A stretch of DNA of 64,000 nucleotides from Candidatus Omnitrophota bacterium (lineage in GTDB: Bacteria; Omnitrophota; Omnitrophia; Omnitrophales; Aquincolibacteriaceae): the NCBI GenBank assembly GCA_030698625.1, contig JAUYMS010000027.1, forward strand, positions 39,781 through 103,780, in the 5' to 3' direction. The translations under genes and the position numbers were made by a program. Below the pieces are notes generated by a model that saw only the letters and a program-made list of their open reading frames with translations, was not told the origin of the DNA and made no database searches. Below are positions 20,381 to 28,992 of the stretch, in pieces (positions within the stretch are counted from its first letter, which is position 1; each line of letters starts with the position of its first letter).

Positions 20381-21556
20381 TTACTTCTTGCCAGCCGGCG
20401 CAGCGCCCGTGACCCGCGCCGAAAGCTCCTTCGGATCTTGAGCAACTGCCATCATGATATCGTAGCTTATAATCCCCGCTTGATACAGCTCCCGCAAATG
20501 GTCATCTAGGGCTTTCATGCCGTATTTCAGACCGGTCTGAATCTCGGAGGTAATCTGGTAGGTCTTGTTTTCGCGTATGAGGTTCCTAATAGCCGGGGTT
20601 GCGATCATGATCTCGAAGCACCCCACCCGGCCCTTCCCATCCAGCCGGGGCAGCAGCACTTGTGAAATAACGGCAACGATGGTTGACGCCAGCTGAATGC
20701 GGACCTGCGTCTGCTGATGCGACGGAAACACGTCAATGATGCGATCCACCGTACGGGCAGCCCCGGTCGTGTGCAGGGTCGAGAACACCAGATGCCCTGT
20801 CTCAGCCGCTCCCACCGCCGCTTCCATGGTGGCCATATCGCGCATTTCACCGATGAGGATAACATCAGGATCCTGACGCAGAGCCTTAACAACGGCCTCC
20901 GCGAAACTCGGCACATCTTCACCGACTTCGCGCTGCGTGATAATCGCCTTTTTATGGTTGTGCACGAACTCAATCGGGTCTTCGGCGGTAATAATATGTT
21001 TTGCGGAATTCTCATTGATGTAGTTCAGCATCGTGGCCAAAGACGTTGTTTTGCCCGAACCAGTCGGACCGGTAACAAGTATCAGTCCGCGCGGTCGCGA
21101 CAACAGATCGATCATTTGCTTGGGTAGCCCGATTTGTTCGAAGGTATAAAAACGGGAAGGCAGCAGACGCAAGACCATGGCATAATTGCCTTGCTGCTTG
21201 AAACAGGAAACCCGGAACCGCACCCGATTCTCATAGGAAAAGCCGAAGTCGATACCGCCGACTTCTTCGACGCGCTTGCGCTGCTCCTCGGTCGTAATTT
21301 CACCTGCGAGCTTTTCGGTGTCTTCCGCCGTTAAAGGCGTGTCGTCAATCGAGACAAGGTCACCGTGAAGGCGCACGCTCTTCGGTCTGCCCACGGTCAA
21401 ATGGATGTCCGAAGCATCTTTCTCAATTGCAAAATTCAGAATCTTCTCGATCGCCATGGGCTCACCTTTCCGAAGTATAGCACGCCAAATGCCGCCCTCT
21501 TTCTTTACGGCTGCGGGGAAGTAAAAATTAAGGGAGGATTCCCTGAAGCCCGGCAA
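20381..21556 (-). CDS. pilT: Type IV pilus retraction ATPase PilT
   Basis: Walker A GPTGSGKTT, Asp box, His box and AIRNLIRE motif. Confidence 0.85.
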   Translation of the reverse strand: MPGFRESSLNFYFPAAVKKEGGIWRAILRKGEPMAIEKILNFAIEKDASDIHLTVGRPKSVRLHGDLVSIDDTPLTAEDTEKLAGEITTEEQRKRVEEVGGIDFGFSYENRVRFRVSCFKQQGNYAMVLRLLPSRFYTFEQIGLPKQMIDLLSRPRGLILVTGPTGSGKTTSLATMLNYINENSAKHIITAEDPIEFVHNHKKAIITQREVGEDVPSFAEAVVKALRQDPDVILIGEMRDMATMEAAVGAAETGHLVFSTLHTTGAARTVDRIIDVFPSHQQTQVRIQLASTIVAVISQVLLPRLDGKGRVGCFEIMIATPAIRNLIRENKTYQITSEIQTGLKYGMKALDDHLRELYQAGIISYDIMMAVAQDPKELSARVTGAAPAGKK

Positions 21557-22070
21557 GGATCAACGCGCAAAGAGAGGCCGTCAAAAATAAAATCGGCGCT
21601 CCCCGGACGGGTTGCGGCACGTCAGCAAACAGCAATCTCTGACGCATTCCGAGAATCAGGATTCGGTAGGTCGTAATGAGTACGCTGAATTGCAGACACA
21701 TTAAAAGATAAACGGCCGGCGCGGCCTTGGAGTGATAGAGAAGGAGATAGGTTGTAAAACCAAAAAGGCTCAAAAAAAATGCCGCTGACTTGTGCTGACC
21801 CATTCCTGAGATTACGAAAGCCGCAGGCAGGGCATATAAAACGGCGGGCGGTTCCCAACCGCCCCCAACAGGAATACGTCTTAGTAAAACATAGCAAGCA
21901 ACCAGCAACGCACTTTTAATCCCGAGCTCAATGCCTTGTCCGGCAAGGCTTTGCAGAGCACCCGGCAGAATGCCCCGCCTCTGAGAAAAATCATTTTCGG
22001 CACTCTCTTCGCTTTGGGCAAAACAGAGTAAGGTCCCAAAGGCGATAACCAGCTGCAGCCAATCGATCAT
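21528..22070 (-). CDS. RnfA/NqrE-like membrane subunit
   Basis: C-terminal RQRLLFADVPQPVRGAPILFLTASLCALILAGLQG aligns closely with RnfA/RsxA ([28 protein letters not shown]). Start set at internal ATG 22070, forming an ATGA overlap with the upstream gene. Confidence 0.65.
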   Translation of the reverse strand: MIDWLQLVIAFGTLLCFAQSEESAENDFSQRRGILPGALQSLAGQGIELGIKSALLVACYVLLRRIPVGGGWEPPAVLYALPAAFVISGMGQHKSAAFFLSLFGFTTYLLLYHSKAAPAVYLLMCLQFSVLITTYRILILGMRQRLLFADVPQPVRGAPILFLTASLCALILAGLQGILP

Positions 22071-22576
22071 GACGGTTTTAACCTCCCGAGAACAATTTGG
22101 CCCATCCAAGCAATACCGGCCAGAACGAGAAACCCCCCGATCGGCCCCTGGAACGTGGGAATAAGCGCTTGAACACCGAGCCAATGCCGGAAAGCTGCGG
22201 CGGTGATAACAACCGTCGGAAGACCGGCGCCTTGGAGCAAGCCGACCCTAACAGAATATTTTTCTTCCGCGTTACCGATGACTGTCGGCCACGTAAGAAA
22301 TGCCGGTCCTATAATCCAGAGCGGCGAAAAGTCAAAAAGATAAACCGTCGACTGACTTAACACCGTAAGCCACAGGATCCAGGCCGTTGACCGCAGGCGA
22401 TCCGGAAAAAGGAAGCCCCCAAGGCGAAATATGATCATCGTGCTCCAAATAACCGCCGCTGCCGCCAACGCGTAATAGACAGCCTCTCGCAGGTGGGACG
22501 AAACCAGTAACACTGGAACGGCCGCCAGCAACATGCGAAAGCTCGGGCAATCTTCGATCCTCACGCTCTTAGTCAC
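22067..22576 (-). CDS. RnfE/NqrD-like membrane subunit (GTG start)
   Basis: 169-aa polytopic membrane protein between the RnfD-like and RnfA-like genes, coupled to both by stop-start overlaps. Assignment rests mainly on position and hydropathy. Confidence 0.45.
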   Translation of the reverse strand: MTKSVRIEDCPSFRMLLAAVPVLLVSSHLREAVYYALAAAAVIWSTMIIFRLGGFLFPDRLRSTAWILWLTVLSQSTVYLFDFSPLWIIGPAFLTWPTVIGNAEEKYSVRVGLLQGAGLPTVVITAAAFRHWLGVQALIPTFQGPIGGFLVLAGIAWMGQIVLGRLKPS

Positions 22577-22710
22577 GTCGCCGAATCTCCGATACTATAA
22601 AGCCAGGCACTGTAAACCATGCAGGCAAGCCCCGCGACAAATGCGGCAAAGTATAAGTACTTCATCGCTTCAATCCACGGTTTTGACGGTCTCGTTTTTG
22701 CTTCTCTCAT
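22573..22710 (-). CDS. Small single-TM protein (45 aa) in the RnfG/NqrC position
   Basis: Translates to MREAKTRPSKPWIEAMKYLYFAAFVAGLACMVYSAWLYSIGDSAT. Its ATG overlaps the RnfD-like stop as ATGA, and its TGA overlaps the GTG start of the next gene as GTGA. Confidence 0.4.
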   Translation of the reverse strand: MREAKTRPSKPWIEAMKYLYFAAFVAGLACMVYSAWLYSIGDSAT

Positions 22711-23525
22711 AGAACCTTTGCATTTCTTGGTCGCACGATCTGATCGAACCAAGGCGTCAGTCCGTTCATAACCAGGACAGCCATAAAAATGCCGTCACTA
22801 TGTCGCATGACCTCGCCCAATAAAACCGCCATGACGGCGGTGCCCATCGCAAAAAAGCGCAAACCTCGCCGTGTCTGGGGTGTCGTCACAGGATCCGTGA
22901 TCAAAAAAAAGGCCGCGAACAGAGCACCTCCTCCGATATCCGTAGACAGAAGCGCATAGACGCCTAAAAAAATTACCGGAACTTCCCAGCGAATGAGCCT
23001 AAACCCGACAAGTATGCCCGCTCCCAGAAATAGGCCGACGGGTGACCCGAAACCGATGGCTCCCCCTTCGATGGCCAGCGGAAAACTCACCTGCATCAGC
23101 ACCCGGCCCGCAACAGCCGCATGAAGCGGATAAGCCCCCGGCCCTCCAAACATTTCCTTAATTAGAATAACCGCGATAGCGCTCGTCAGAGCTGCCGCCC
23201 AGGAGGGTGCGGAAGCCGGTAGCATTAAGGCTACTAGCAGTCCCGTTAATACGGCATCACCGCTCTTCAGGCTGATATTTTTGCCGCGGGCCGTCCGCGC
23301 CAGGACTTCCGAAACCAGGGATGCAGAAACAGCCACGCCGATGAGACGCAGGCTATTCCAGGCATTCGCCGCGACAGCTGCGCCTAGAACAGGCGTCAGG
23401 GCCAGGGCAGTAAGCCAGAGAATCGACGGCACGGAGCGCTCAGTTCGTATATGGGGTGCTAAACCCTGTTTATAAGAGGTCACCATAAGAAGCTCTAAAC
23501 TATCAGCAATAAATGAATTGTGCAA
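22707..23525 (-). CDS. RnfD/NqrB-like membrane subunit (short, 272 aa)
   Basis: FFLITDPVTTP matches the conserved RnfD/NqrB ...FF(M)xTDPVT motif. Polytopic and Gly-rich. Confidence 0.6.
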   Translation of the reverse strand: MHNSFIADSLELLMVTSYKQGLAPHIRTERSVPSILWLTALALTPVLGAAVAANAWNSLRLIGVAVSASLVSEVLARTARGKNISLKSGDAVLTGLLVALMLPASAPSWAAALTSAIAVILIKEMFGGPGAYPLHAAVAGRVLMQVSFPLAIEGGAIGFGSPVGLFLGAGILVGFRLIRWEVPVIFLGVYALLSTDIGGGALFAAFFLITDPVTTPQTRRGLRFFAMGTAVMAVLLGEVMRHSDGIFMAVLVMNGLTPWFDQIVRPRNAKVL

Positions 23526-23573
23526 CTATGCGCCGGATAGACAACATATCTATAGATGTAGGGGCTCCGGGCC

Positions 23574-23612
23574 TCCTTGCAATGCCTAGGGGCGTCGGGT
23601 AGACTCTGTTCT
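23574..23612 (+). promoter_or_regulatory. Candidate sigma70-type promoter for the PilZ-acyltransferase operon
   Basis: TTGCAA-N17-TAGACT in the 194-bp divergent intergenic region, about 110 bp upstream of the ATG at 23720. Confidence 0.25.
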
Positions 23613-23719
23613 GTAAGGAATGATACCTTTGAGACTTATATTGGGATGGTCTTTGGGAGCCGATAACTGCTTCAGCCTACATTACTTAAGCGCTTTATAA
23701 ATAACATCATATTCTGATC

Positions 23720-24973
23720 ATGAAAATTAAATCGTCTTTAAACTGGGAACTGGGAATTGGCATACTGGAAGACAACGTATTTGGCCAATGCCCAAAACCT
23801 CAGGAATTGCCTTTCGCAGACCGGCGGCGGGAGCCGAGAATTTCCATGAGTCTCCCGATTCGCTACCGCTCCCAAGCACGCCCCGGCCCCAATTGGCTAG
23901 CTGCCCAGTCAATAGATATATCGCGCAACGGGGTTCGTCTGGCTCTGGAGCAACCCATAAAAGTGGGTAACCGCATTGAACTCGATGTGAAGCTGCCCGA
24001 GACCGACGGCACAATACGAATGGAGGGCATCATTGTCTGGGCCAATCCTTCCTCAAACGGCAAAGATATAACCGAGTGCGGGGTCGCCTTTCAGAATCTA
24101 CGCAAACTCACACAGAAGGAAAAAATAATCTATTTCATGGCGGACAAGATCTGCAGCCTTGCTCACCGCCATGCCACGGATCTCGTTGCCACACCCGCGA
24201 ATTCATTGGATGAGATCAAGGAAGCGTATGAGCTTGTGTACCGTGAATATCTTGCCCGCGGCTACTGTGAAGCCAACCCTTCCAAAATGCACTACAACGC
24301 GCATTGCATGTTTCCCGATTCCCGGGTATTCACTCTGCGTCGCGACGGCCGTCTCCTCGGAACACTGTCACTCATTCCGGATTCGCCCTGCGGCATACCT
24401 CTTGAACACCTCTTTCCCCAGGAGGTCGCACGATTAAGACGCCCGGGACGGCGGATTGCCGAGGTAAGCCTACTTGCTCTCAACGGTGAGTATTTTAAGA
24501 AAAAGACTTTTTCCCTTACAGATTTCCAGAAACTCACCGGATCATTTAGGCTCTTCAAGGTCATGTTCGATTACGCACGTTTTGAGGCGCGTGTGACGGA
24601 TATCGTCATCGGAATGCACCCAAAGCATGAGGAGCTGTATCGCTACCTGTCTTTCGAAACGATCGGTCCCACAAAATCCTATTCCAATGCCTGCGGCAAA
24701 CCGGCTCTCCCTATGTGGATGGACATTCCGCGCAACATAAGCACGGTTTCACTCAAACACGGTGCAGGCTATTACTTCCTCAAGGATGTCATCACGCAGG
24801 ATATCCTGGCCCGTCAATTCCGCTGGAACACCGAAGCCGTACGCGACCTTTTACTTCGACGTCCGCCGCTTTGGAATATGATGCCGATTGCCGGTTGGCA
24901 ATATCTTAAACACTGCTATCCGGGTCTCCATTCCACCAAGCCCCAAACCCCGACTCACGGCTCAAAAACGTAA
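23720..24973 (+). CDS. PilZ domain fused to N-acyl amino acid synthase-like (FeeM/OlsB-type GNAT) domain
   Basis: N-terminus has RxxxR (RREPR) followed by D-I-S-R-N-G (DxSxxG), the PilZ c-di-GMP-binding signature. The C-terminal ~270 aa resemble the FeeM/OlsB-type N-acyltransferase fold (YREYLARGY...FTLRRDGRLLGTLSLIPD...AEVSLLAL). Confidence 0.55.
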   Translation: MKIKSSLNWELGIGILEDNVFGQCPKPQELPFADRRREPRISMSLPIRYRSQARPGPNWLAAQSIDISRNGVRLALEQPIKVGNRIELDVKLPETDGTIRMEGIIVWANPSSNGKDITECGVAFQNLRKLTQKEKIIYFMADKICSLAHRHATDLVATPANSLDEIKEAYELVYREYLARGYCEANPSKMHYNAHCMFPDSRVFTLRRDGRLLGTLSLIPDSPCGIPLEHLFPQEVARLRRPGRRIAEVSLLALNGEYFKKKTFSLTDFQKLTGSFRLFKVMFDYARFEARVTDIVIGMHPKHEELYRYLSFETIGPTKSYSNACGKPALPMWMDIPRNISTVSLKHGAGYYFLKDVITQDILARQFRWNTEAVRDLLLRRPPLWNMMPIAGWQYLKHCYPGLHSTKPQTPTHGSKT

Positions 24974-24975
24974 TC

Positions 24976-26070
24976 ATGAAAAACGATATTCACGAAATCA
25001 TCCGGAAAGGGATACTCGCACCATCCGCAGATAATCTCCAACCGTGGCTTTTCAAAATCGGAGCGGACAACCTTGAGCTGTGGCTTGACGCAAAGCGCTC
25101 GGAAAATTTCTGCGACGCCGGGTATCTAGCCCCTTACATCTCGATCGGTGCCGTCATTGAGAATATGCGAATCGCCGCTGCCGATCGCGGCTATCGCATG
25201 ACTTGTTCCTATTTCCCGGATAAGAAAAATAAGACAAGGGTCGTCACAATCTCCTTCGAAAAGGGAGAAAAGGAGACATCCCCTCTTTTGCCGTTCATAG
25301 GCAAGCGACGCACAAACCGGAAGTTTTACGCTTCACGCCCGAGTGTCGCTCCCGCCGCAAAAGCATCGCTTGAGGAAACAGTATGCGAAGAAGGATTCCG
25401 ACTACACTGGGTAGCGAAAGATGAATCGCGCTACCAAGATCTGTGTAGTATGATCGGTGATGCCGATCAGTTGCGTTTTGAAAACCAAAGACTACACCGA
25501 GAATTTAACAATATATTGCGTTTTACTAAACCGGCGATAAGCGGTGGTGACGGCTTAGACATTAAGACCCTGGAGTCGGGTCCCACGGGGCCCCTTCTTT
25601 TTAAGTTGATGGGCCAGTGGTCCCGGCAAAAGTTTCTGAATAATCTCGGTATTAGCCGGGTCTTCAATGCGTACGCAAAGATCCAGATGCAGTCATCGGC
25701 AGCTGCGGGCCTGATCACGGCCCCCTCTCATGCCCCTGAGGATTATGTTCGCGGGGGGGAGCTCATGGAGCGCCTCTGGCTTGAGGCCACCCGGCAGGGG
25801 CTTTCCCTGCAACCGATGGAAGCACTACCCATTTTTATCATTAACCGGCAACTGCGCAATTTAAGCGATTTTTCAGAAGCTCAAAAGGCGACCATCGAAC
25901 GGCTGACGGCAAATTTCTTTTCGCTCTTCGGTATTAACAATAAGGACGGGCTCATTTTTCTATTCCGCATTGGTCACGCCAAGCCCACCACCACACAGGC
26001 CCTCAGACGCCCGATCGATTCCTTTCTGATGAACAGCGCCGATACAGGAGTTAAATATGTCGTCTCCTGA
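24976..26070 (+). CDS. Two-half-domain nitroreductase-family FMN protein
   Basis: The N-terminal half has the nitroreductase signature APSADNLQPWLF; the second half has RRTNRKF (RRxxRxF). 364 aa; starts 3 bp after the upstream stop. Confidence 0.6.
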   Translation: MKNDIHEIIRKGILAPSADNLQPWLFKIGADNLELWLDAKRSENFCDAGYLAPYISIGAVIENMRIAAADRGYRMTCSYFPDKKNKTRVVTISFEKGEKETSPLLPFIGKRRTNRKFYASRPSVAPAAKASLEETVCEEGFRLHWVAKDESRYQDLCSMIGDADQLRFENQRLHREFNNILRFTKPAISGGDGLDIKTLESGPTGPLLFKLMGQWSRQKFLNNLGISRVFNAYAKIQMQSSAAAGLITAPSHAPEDYVRGGELMERLWLEATRQGLSLQPMEALPIFIINRQLRNLSDFSEAQKATIERLTANFFSLFGINNKDGLIFLFRIGHAKPTTTQALRRPIDSFLMNSADTGVKYVVS

Positions 26071-27010
26071 GTTTGATTACTCCCAAGCTTTCGACCGCAA
26101 CATCGGTTGGCTCACGAAACACGAGCAAGAAAAACTGCGCGGCATCTGCGTCGCTATCGCAGGCCTCGGCGGCGCCGGTGGGTTTCAAGCGCAGGCCCTG
26201 GCCCGTCTCGGCGTCGGGAAATACCGGATTGCCGATCCGGACACTTTTGAAATATCCAACCGAAATCGCCAGATCGGCGCCACGGAGTCAACAGTGGGCC
26301 ACCCCAAGGCCACAACGATTCGTGACATGATTCTTGCCATCAACCCAACCGCCTCAGTAGAAATTTATCCGGAGTGTTTCAGCACGGCCAATGCCGGCGC
26401 AATCCTGGAAAGCGCTGATGTGGCCATAGATGGCATCGACTTCTTCTCTATCGACGATAAAATTCTATTTTTTCAGGAATGCCGAAAACGCGGTATCCCA
26501 GCCATCACCTCTTGCCCTTTGGGCTTCGGCGCATCTCTGATGGTCTTTTCTCCGCAGGGCATGACGTTTGAGGATTACTTTAATTTCCGGCCGGACATGA
26601 GTGAGAAGGATAAGAGAAACAGTTTCGCCTTCGGGCTTTCTCCTTCGCCCCTTTGTTTGAGCTATATGAATCCTGACGCCTTCGGGTCCGACAACAAGCG
26701 CGCCGCGAGCGTTGTTCCGGGACTCATGCTGGTGGGCGCGCTAACAGCGACAGAAGTGGTAAAGCTCGTTACGCATATGGCCCGGCCGAATTCCTGCCCA
26801 CATGTCTATCAGATTGATTTAATGACGCAGCGCGTCAGCAAGAAATATTATCGCTGGGGAATGAGAGGCCCTTGGATGCGCTGTAAGAAAGCGCTGGCCC
26901 TCAAATGGGTGGAGTACAAGCGCCGTAGGCATGCGTCAAATCCAAGCCTTGCGGCTTCGCCGCCGGATGAACATAAGCAAACGGGGAGTGCTCGCCATGC
27001 GGTTTCTTAA
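26057..27010 (+). CDS. ThiF/MoeB-family E1-like adenylyltransferase (non-canonical, no C-terminal CxxC)
   Basis: Rossmann motif IAGLGGAGGF and E1-like ...ADPDTFEISNRNRQ. 14-bp overlap with the upstream nitroreductase gene. Confidence 0.7.
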   Translation: MSSPEFDYSQAFDRNIGWLTKHEQEKLRGICVAIAGLGGAGGFQAQALARLGVGKYRIADPDTFEISNRNRQIGATESTVGHPKATTIRDMILAINPTASVEIYPECFSTANAGAILESADVAIDGIDFFSIDDKILFFQECRKRGIPAITSCPLGFGASLMVFSPQGMTFEDYFNFRPDMSEKDKRNSFAFGLSPSPLCLSYMNPDAFGSDNKRAASVVPGLMLVGALTATEVVKLVTHMARPNSCPHVYQIDLMTQRVSKKYYRWGMRGPWMRCKKALALKWVEYKRRRHASNPSLAASPPDEHKQTGSARHAVS

Positions 27011-27764
27011 ACCAGTCTTGATGGCCTGGGCCGTCGTGTTGAGCCTGATTCCCACACTCAAAGCAGAAACCACGCCGCCGGGCGCTACGGAACTCCTACG
27101 CCGAATGGACCAGGTCCTCCGAGGTGATTCTCACGACATGACCGTAACGCTTGATGTTATAACAGCCCGCTGGGAACGCCATTACAAAATCCGGGTTCGC
27201 ATGCAAGGAATCGACTATGCGTTCGCGCGAGTCTTGGAACCTTCAAAAACCGAGGGACAAGGTTTCTTGAGAATCAAGGCACGTCTCTGGCAATATTTAC
27301 CGACGGCGGAACGCACTATTCTCATACCTCCTTCCTTGATGCTTGATGATTTCATGGGCAGCGATTTTTCCAATGATGACTTCGTAAAGCTTAGCTACTT
27401 GCCGCGGGACTACGACGCTAAGATTGTTGCCGAAGATACAATCAGTGGTTTTGAAGTGCTCGGACTGGAGCTTATTCCTCGCCCTGATGCCCCTGTCACA
27501 TACGGCAAACTTGAAGTTTGGCTGCGAAAGACCGATGCGGCACCCGTACGCTGGCTCTTTTATAATGAAAAAATGCTCTTGATAAGAACTCTGCATTACT
27601 CTGAATTTAAACAATTCGGAACCCACGATATCCCAACCGTATGGCGCATGGAGAATCATCTCGAAGCCGGTCACGAGACCACCGTTACCGTGCTGTCGGC
27701 GGCCTTCGACACTCCGATCGCCCAATCCCAATTCACACGAGAAAACCTAGAAAAGTATCCCTGA
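26997..27764 (+). CDS. LolA-like periplasmic lipoprotein-sorting/lipid-carrier family protein
   Basis: Start at ATG 26997 gives signal peptide MRFLKPVLMAWAVVLSLIPTLKAE. Size and composition fit LolA-like proteins of the kind often found next to FtsX-type ABC transporters. Overlaps the ThiF gene by 14 bp. Confidence 0.5.
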   Translation: MRFLKPVLMAWAVVLSLIPTLKAETTPPGATELLRRMDQVLRGDSHDMTVTLDVITARWERHYKIRVRMQGIDYAFARVLEPSKTEGQGFLRIKARLWQYLPTAERTILIPPSLMLDDFMGSDFSNDDFVKLSYLPRDYDAKIVAEDTISGFEVLGLELIPRPDAPVTYGKLEVWLRKTDAAPVRWLFYNEKMLLIRTLHYSEFKQFGTHDIPTVWRMENHLEAGHETTVTVLSAAFDTPIAQSQFTRENLEKYP

Positions 27765-28987
27765 TGTTTCTCTTCAAGCTCGCGTTTCTTAATATCACCC
27801 GGAATGTTCGCAGGTCCCTAATCACTGTGATGGCTGTCGGCGTCGGTCTCGCCGCGCTTATCTTCCTGTGGGGATTTAATGACGGCACAATCGAGCAGAT
27901 GCGCGAGAACGTCATACGCCTTTTTACGGGCCATGTGCAGATTCATGCTCGCGGCTTCGAAAAATCGCTCTCCCCTGAGCTCTTTCTTGCACAGAGAGAA
28001 AAGGTTCTCATCGATGTTGCGGCAAACCCGGCCGTCTCACGAATCACCGAACGCGTCAAATGCGAAGCGCTTGTCGGCACGAGTGAGAACTCGCGCGGAG
28101 TTCTTTTGGTCGGAGTAGACCCCGAACGTGAAAGACAGATTACCGATCTCGAGGACCACATTGAGGCGGGACGCTATTTGGAGCCGGACGGAAATCGCGA
28201 GATACTAGTCGGAGACCGACTGGCCAAAAAAATAGGCCTCGATCTGGATGACAAAGTCGTCGTGATGACGCAGGCGATGGACGGGACTTTGGCCGGTTAT
28301 GCCTATCGCGTCAAAGGCATCTTTCACACAGGGAGCCAGCAGATTGACGAGGTTTCGGTTTATATCACGCTGGCATCCGCCCAGGAATTACTCGGGCTTG
28401 GGGAAGATGTTCATGAGATTGTGATCCAGCTTTCAGACCGCAAGGGAATAGAACCGTTTCTTGAGTGGGCGAAGATCAGCCTCGGTAGCGAAAAATACGA
28501 GGTTTTGAAGTGGAATGAGCTTATCCCCGAAGTTGATCAATGGACGCAGTGGGCCGAAGCAGTCATTGGAACTATTTTGATCGCCGTCATGGTCGTTATC
28601 GGGGTCAGCATTATGAACACGGTGCTCATGTCCATATATGAAAGGACCCGCGAACTCGGCGTCATGATGGCCATCGGCACAAGCCCCTCCCAGATCGTAC
28701 AACTCATACTGCTTGAGACGCTAATTCTGGAAGGTCTCGGTATTATTCTGGGTTTAGTGGGCGGGTACCTCGTTACAATTTATTTCGGAGAAGTCGGAAT
28801 CTCATTCCACGGCGTCGAAGAGGCCTTTTCGCGTTCTTATATGAGCACGGTTGTCTTCACTAAAGTGGAATGGCCACATGTGGTTCAGTCTGTTATTACG
28901 CTAATTCTCTTAACATCATTCATCGGACTCTATCCGGCCTGGAAGGCATCCCGCATGGAGCCGGTTAAAGCCATCTATTATTCTTAA
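27764..28987 (+). CDS. ABC transporter permease, FtsX/MacB/LolCE type
   Basis: N-terminal TM (ITRNVRRSLITVMAVGVGLAALIF), a ~230-aa periplasmic domain, then three C-terminal TMs (FtsX fold). Its ATG overlaps the LolA-like TGA as TGATG. Confidence 0.75.
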   Translation: MFLFKLAFLNITRNVRRSLITVMAVGVGLAALIFLWGFNDGTIEQMRENVIRLFTGHVQIHARGFEKSLSPELFLAQREKVLIDVAANPAVSRITERVKCEALVGTSENSRGVLLVGVDPERERQITDLEDHIEAGRYLEPDGNREILVGDRLAKKIGLDLDDKVVVMTQAMDGTLAGYAYRVKGIFHTGSQQIDEVSVYITLASAQELLGLGEDVHEIVIQLSDRKGIEPFLEWAKISLGSEKYEVLKWNELIPEVDQWTQWAEAVIGTILIAVMVVIGVSIMNTVLMSIYERTRELGVMMAIGTSPSQIVQLILLETLILEGLGIILGLVGGYLVTIYFGEVGISFHGVEEAFSRSYMSTVVFTKVEWPHVVQSVITLILLTSFIGLYPAWKASRMEPVKAIYYS

Positions 28988-28992
28988 ATATC

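Noticed and set aside
23610-23690. 26-codon ORF (MIPLRLILGWSLGADNCFSLHYLSAL) just upstream of the PilZ operon, considered as a possible precursor peptide
   Set aside because: The ATG abuts the AAGGA with zero spacing, so the RBS is poor. The peptide has a single Cys and no leader-core organisation, and the region is better explained as the operon promoter/5' UTR. It is kept only as a remote possibility.
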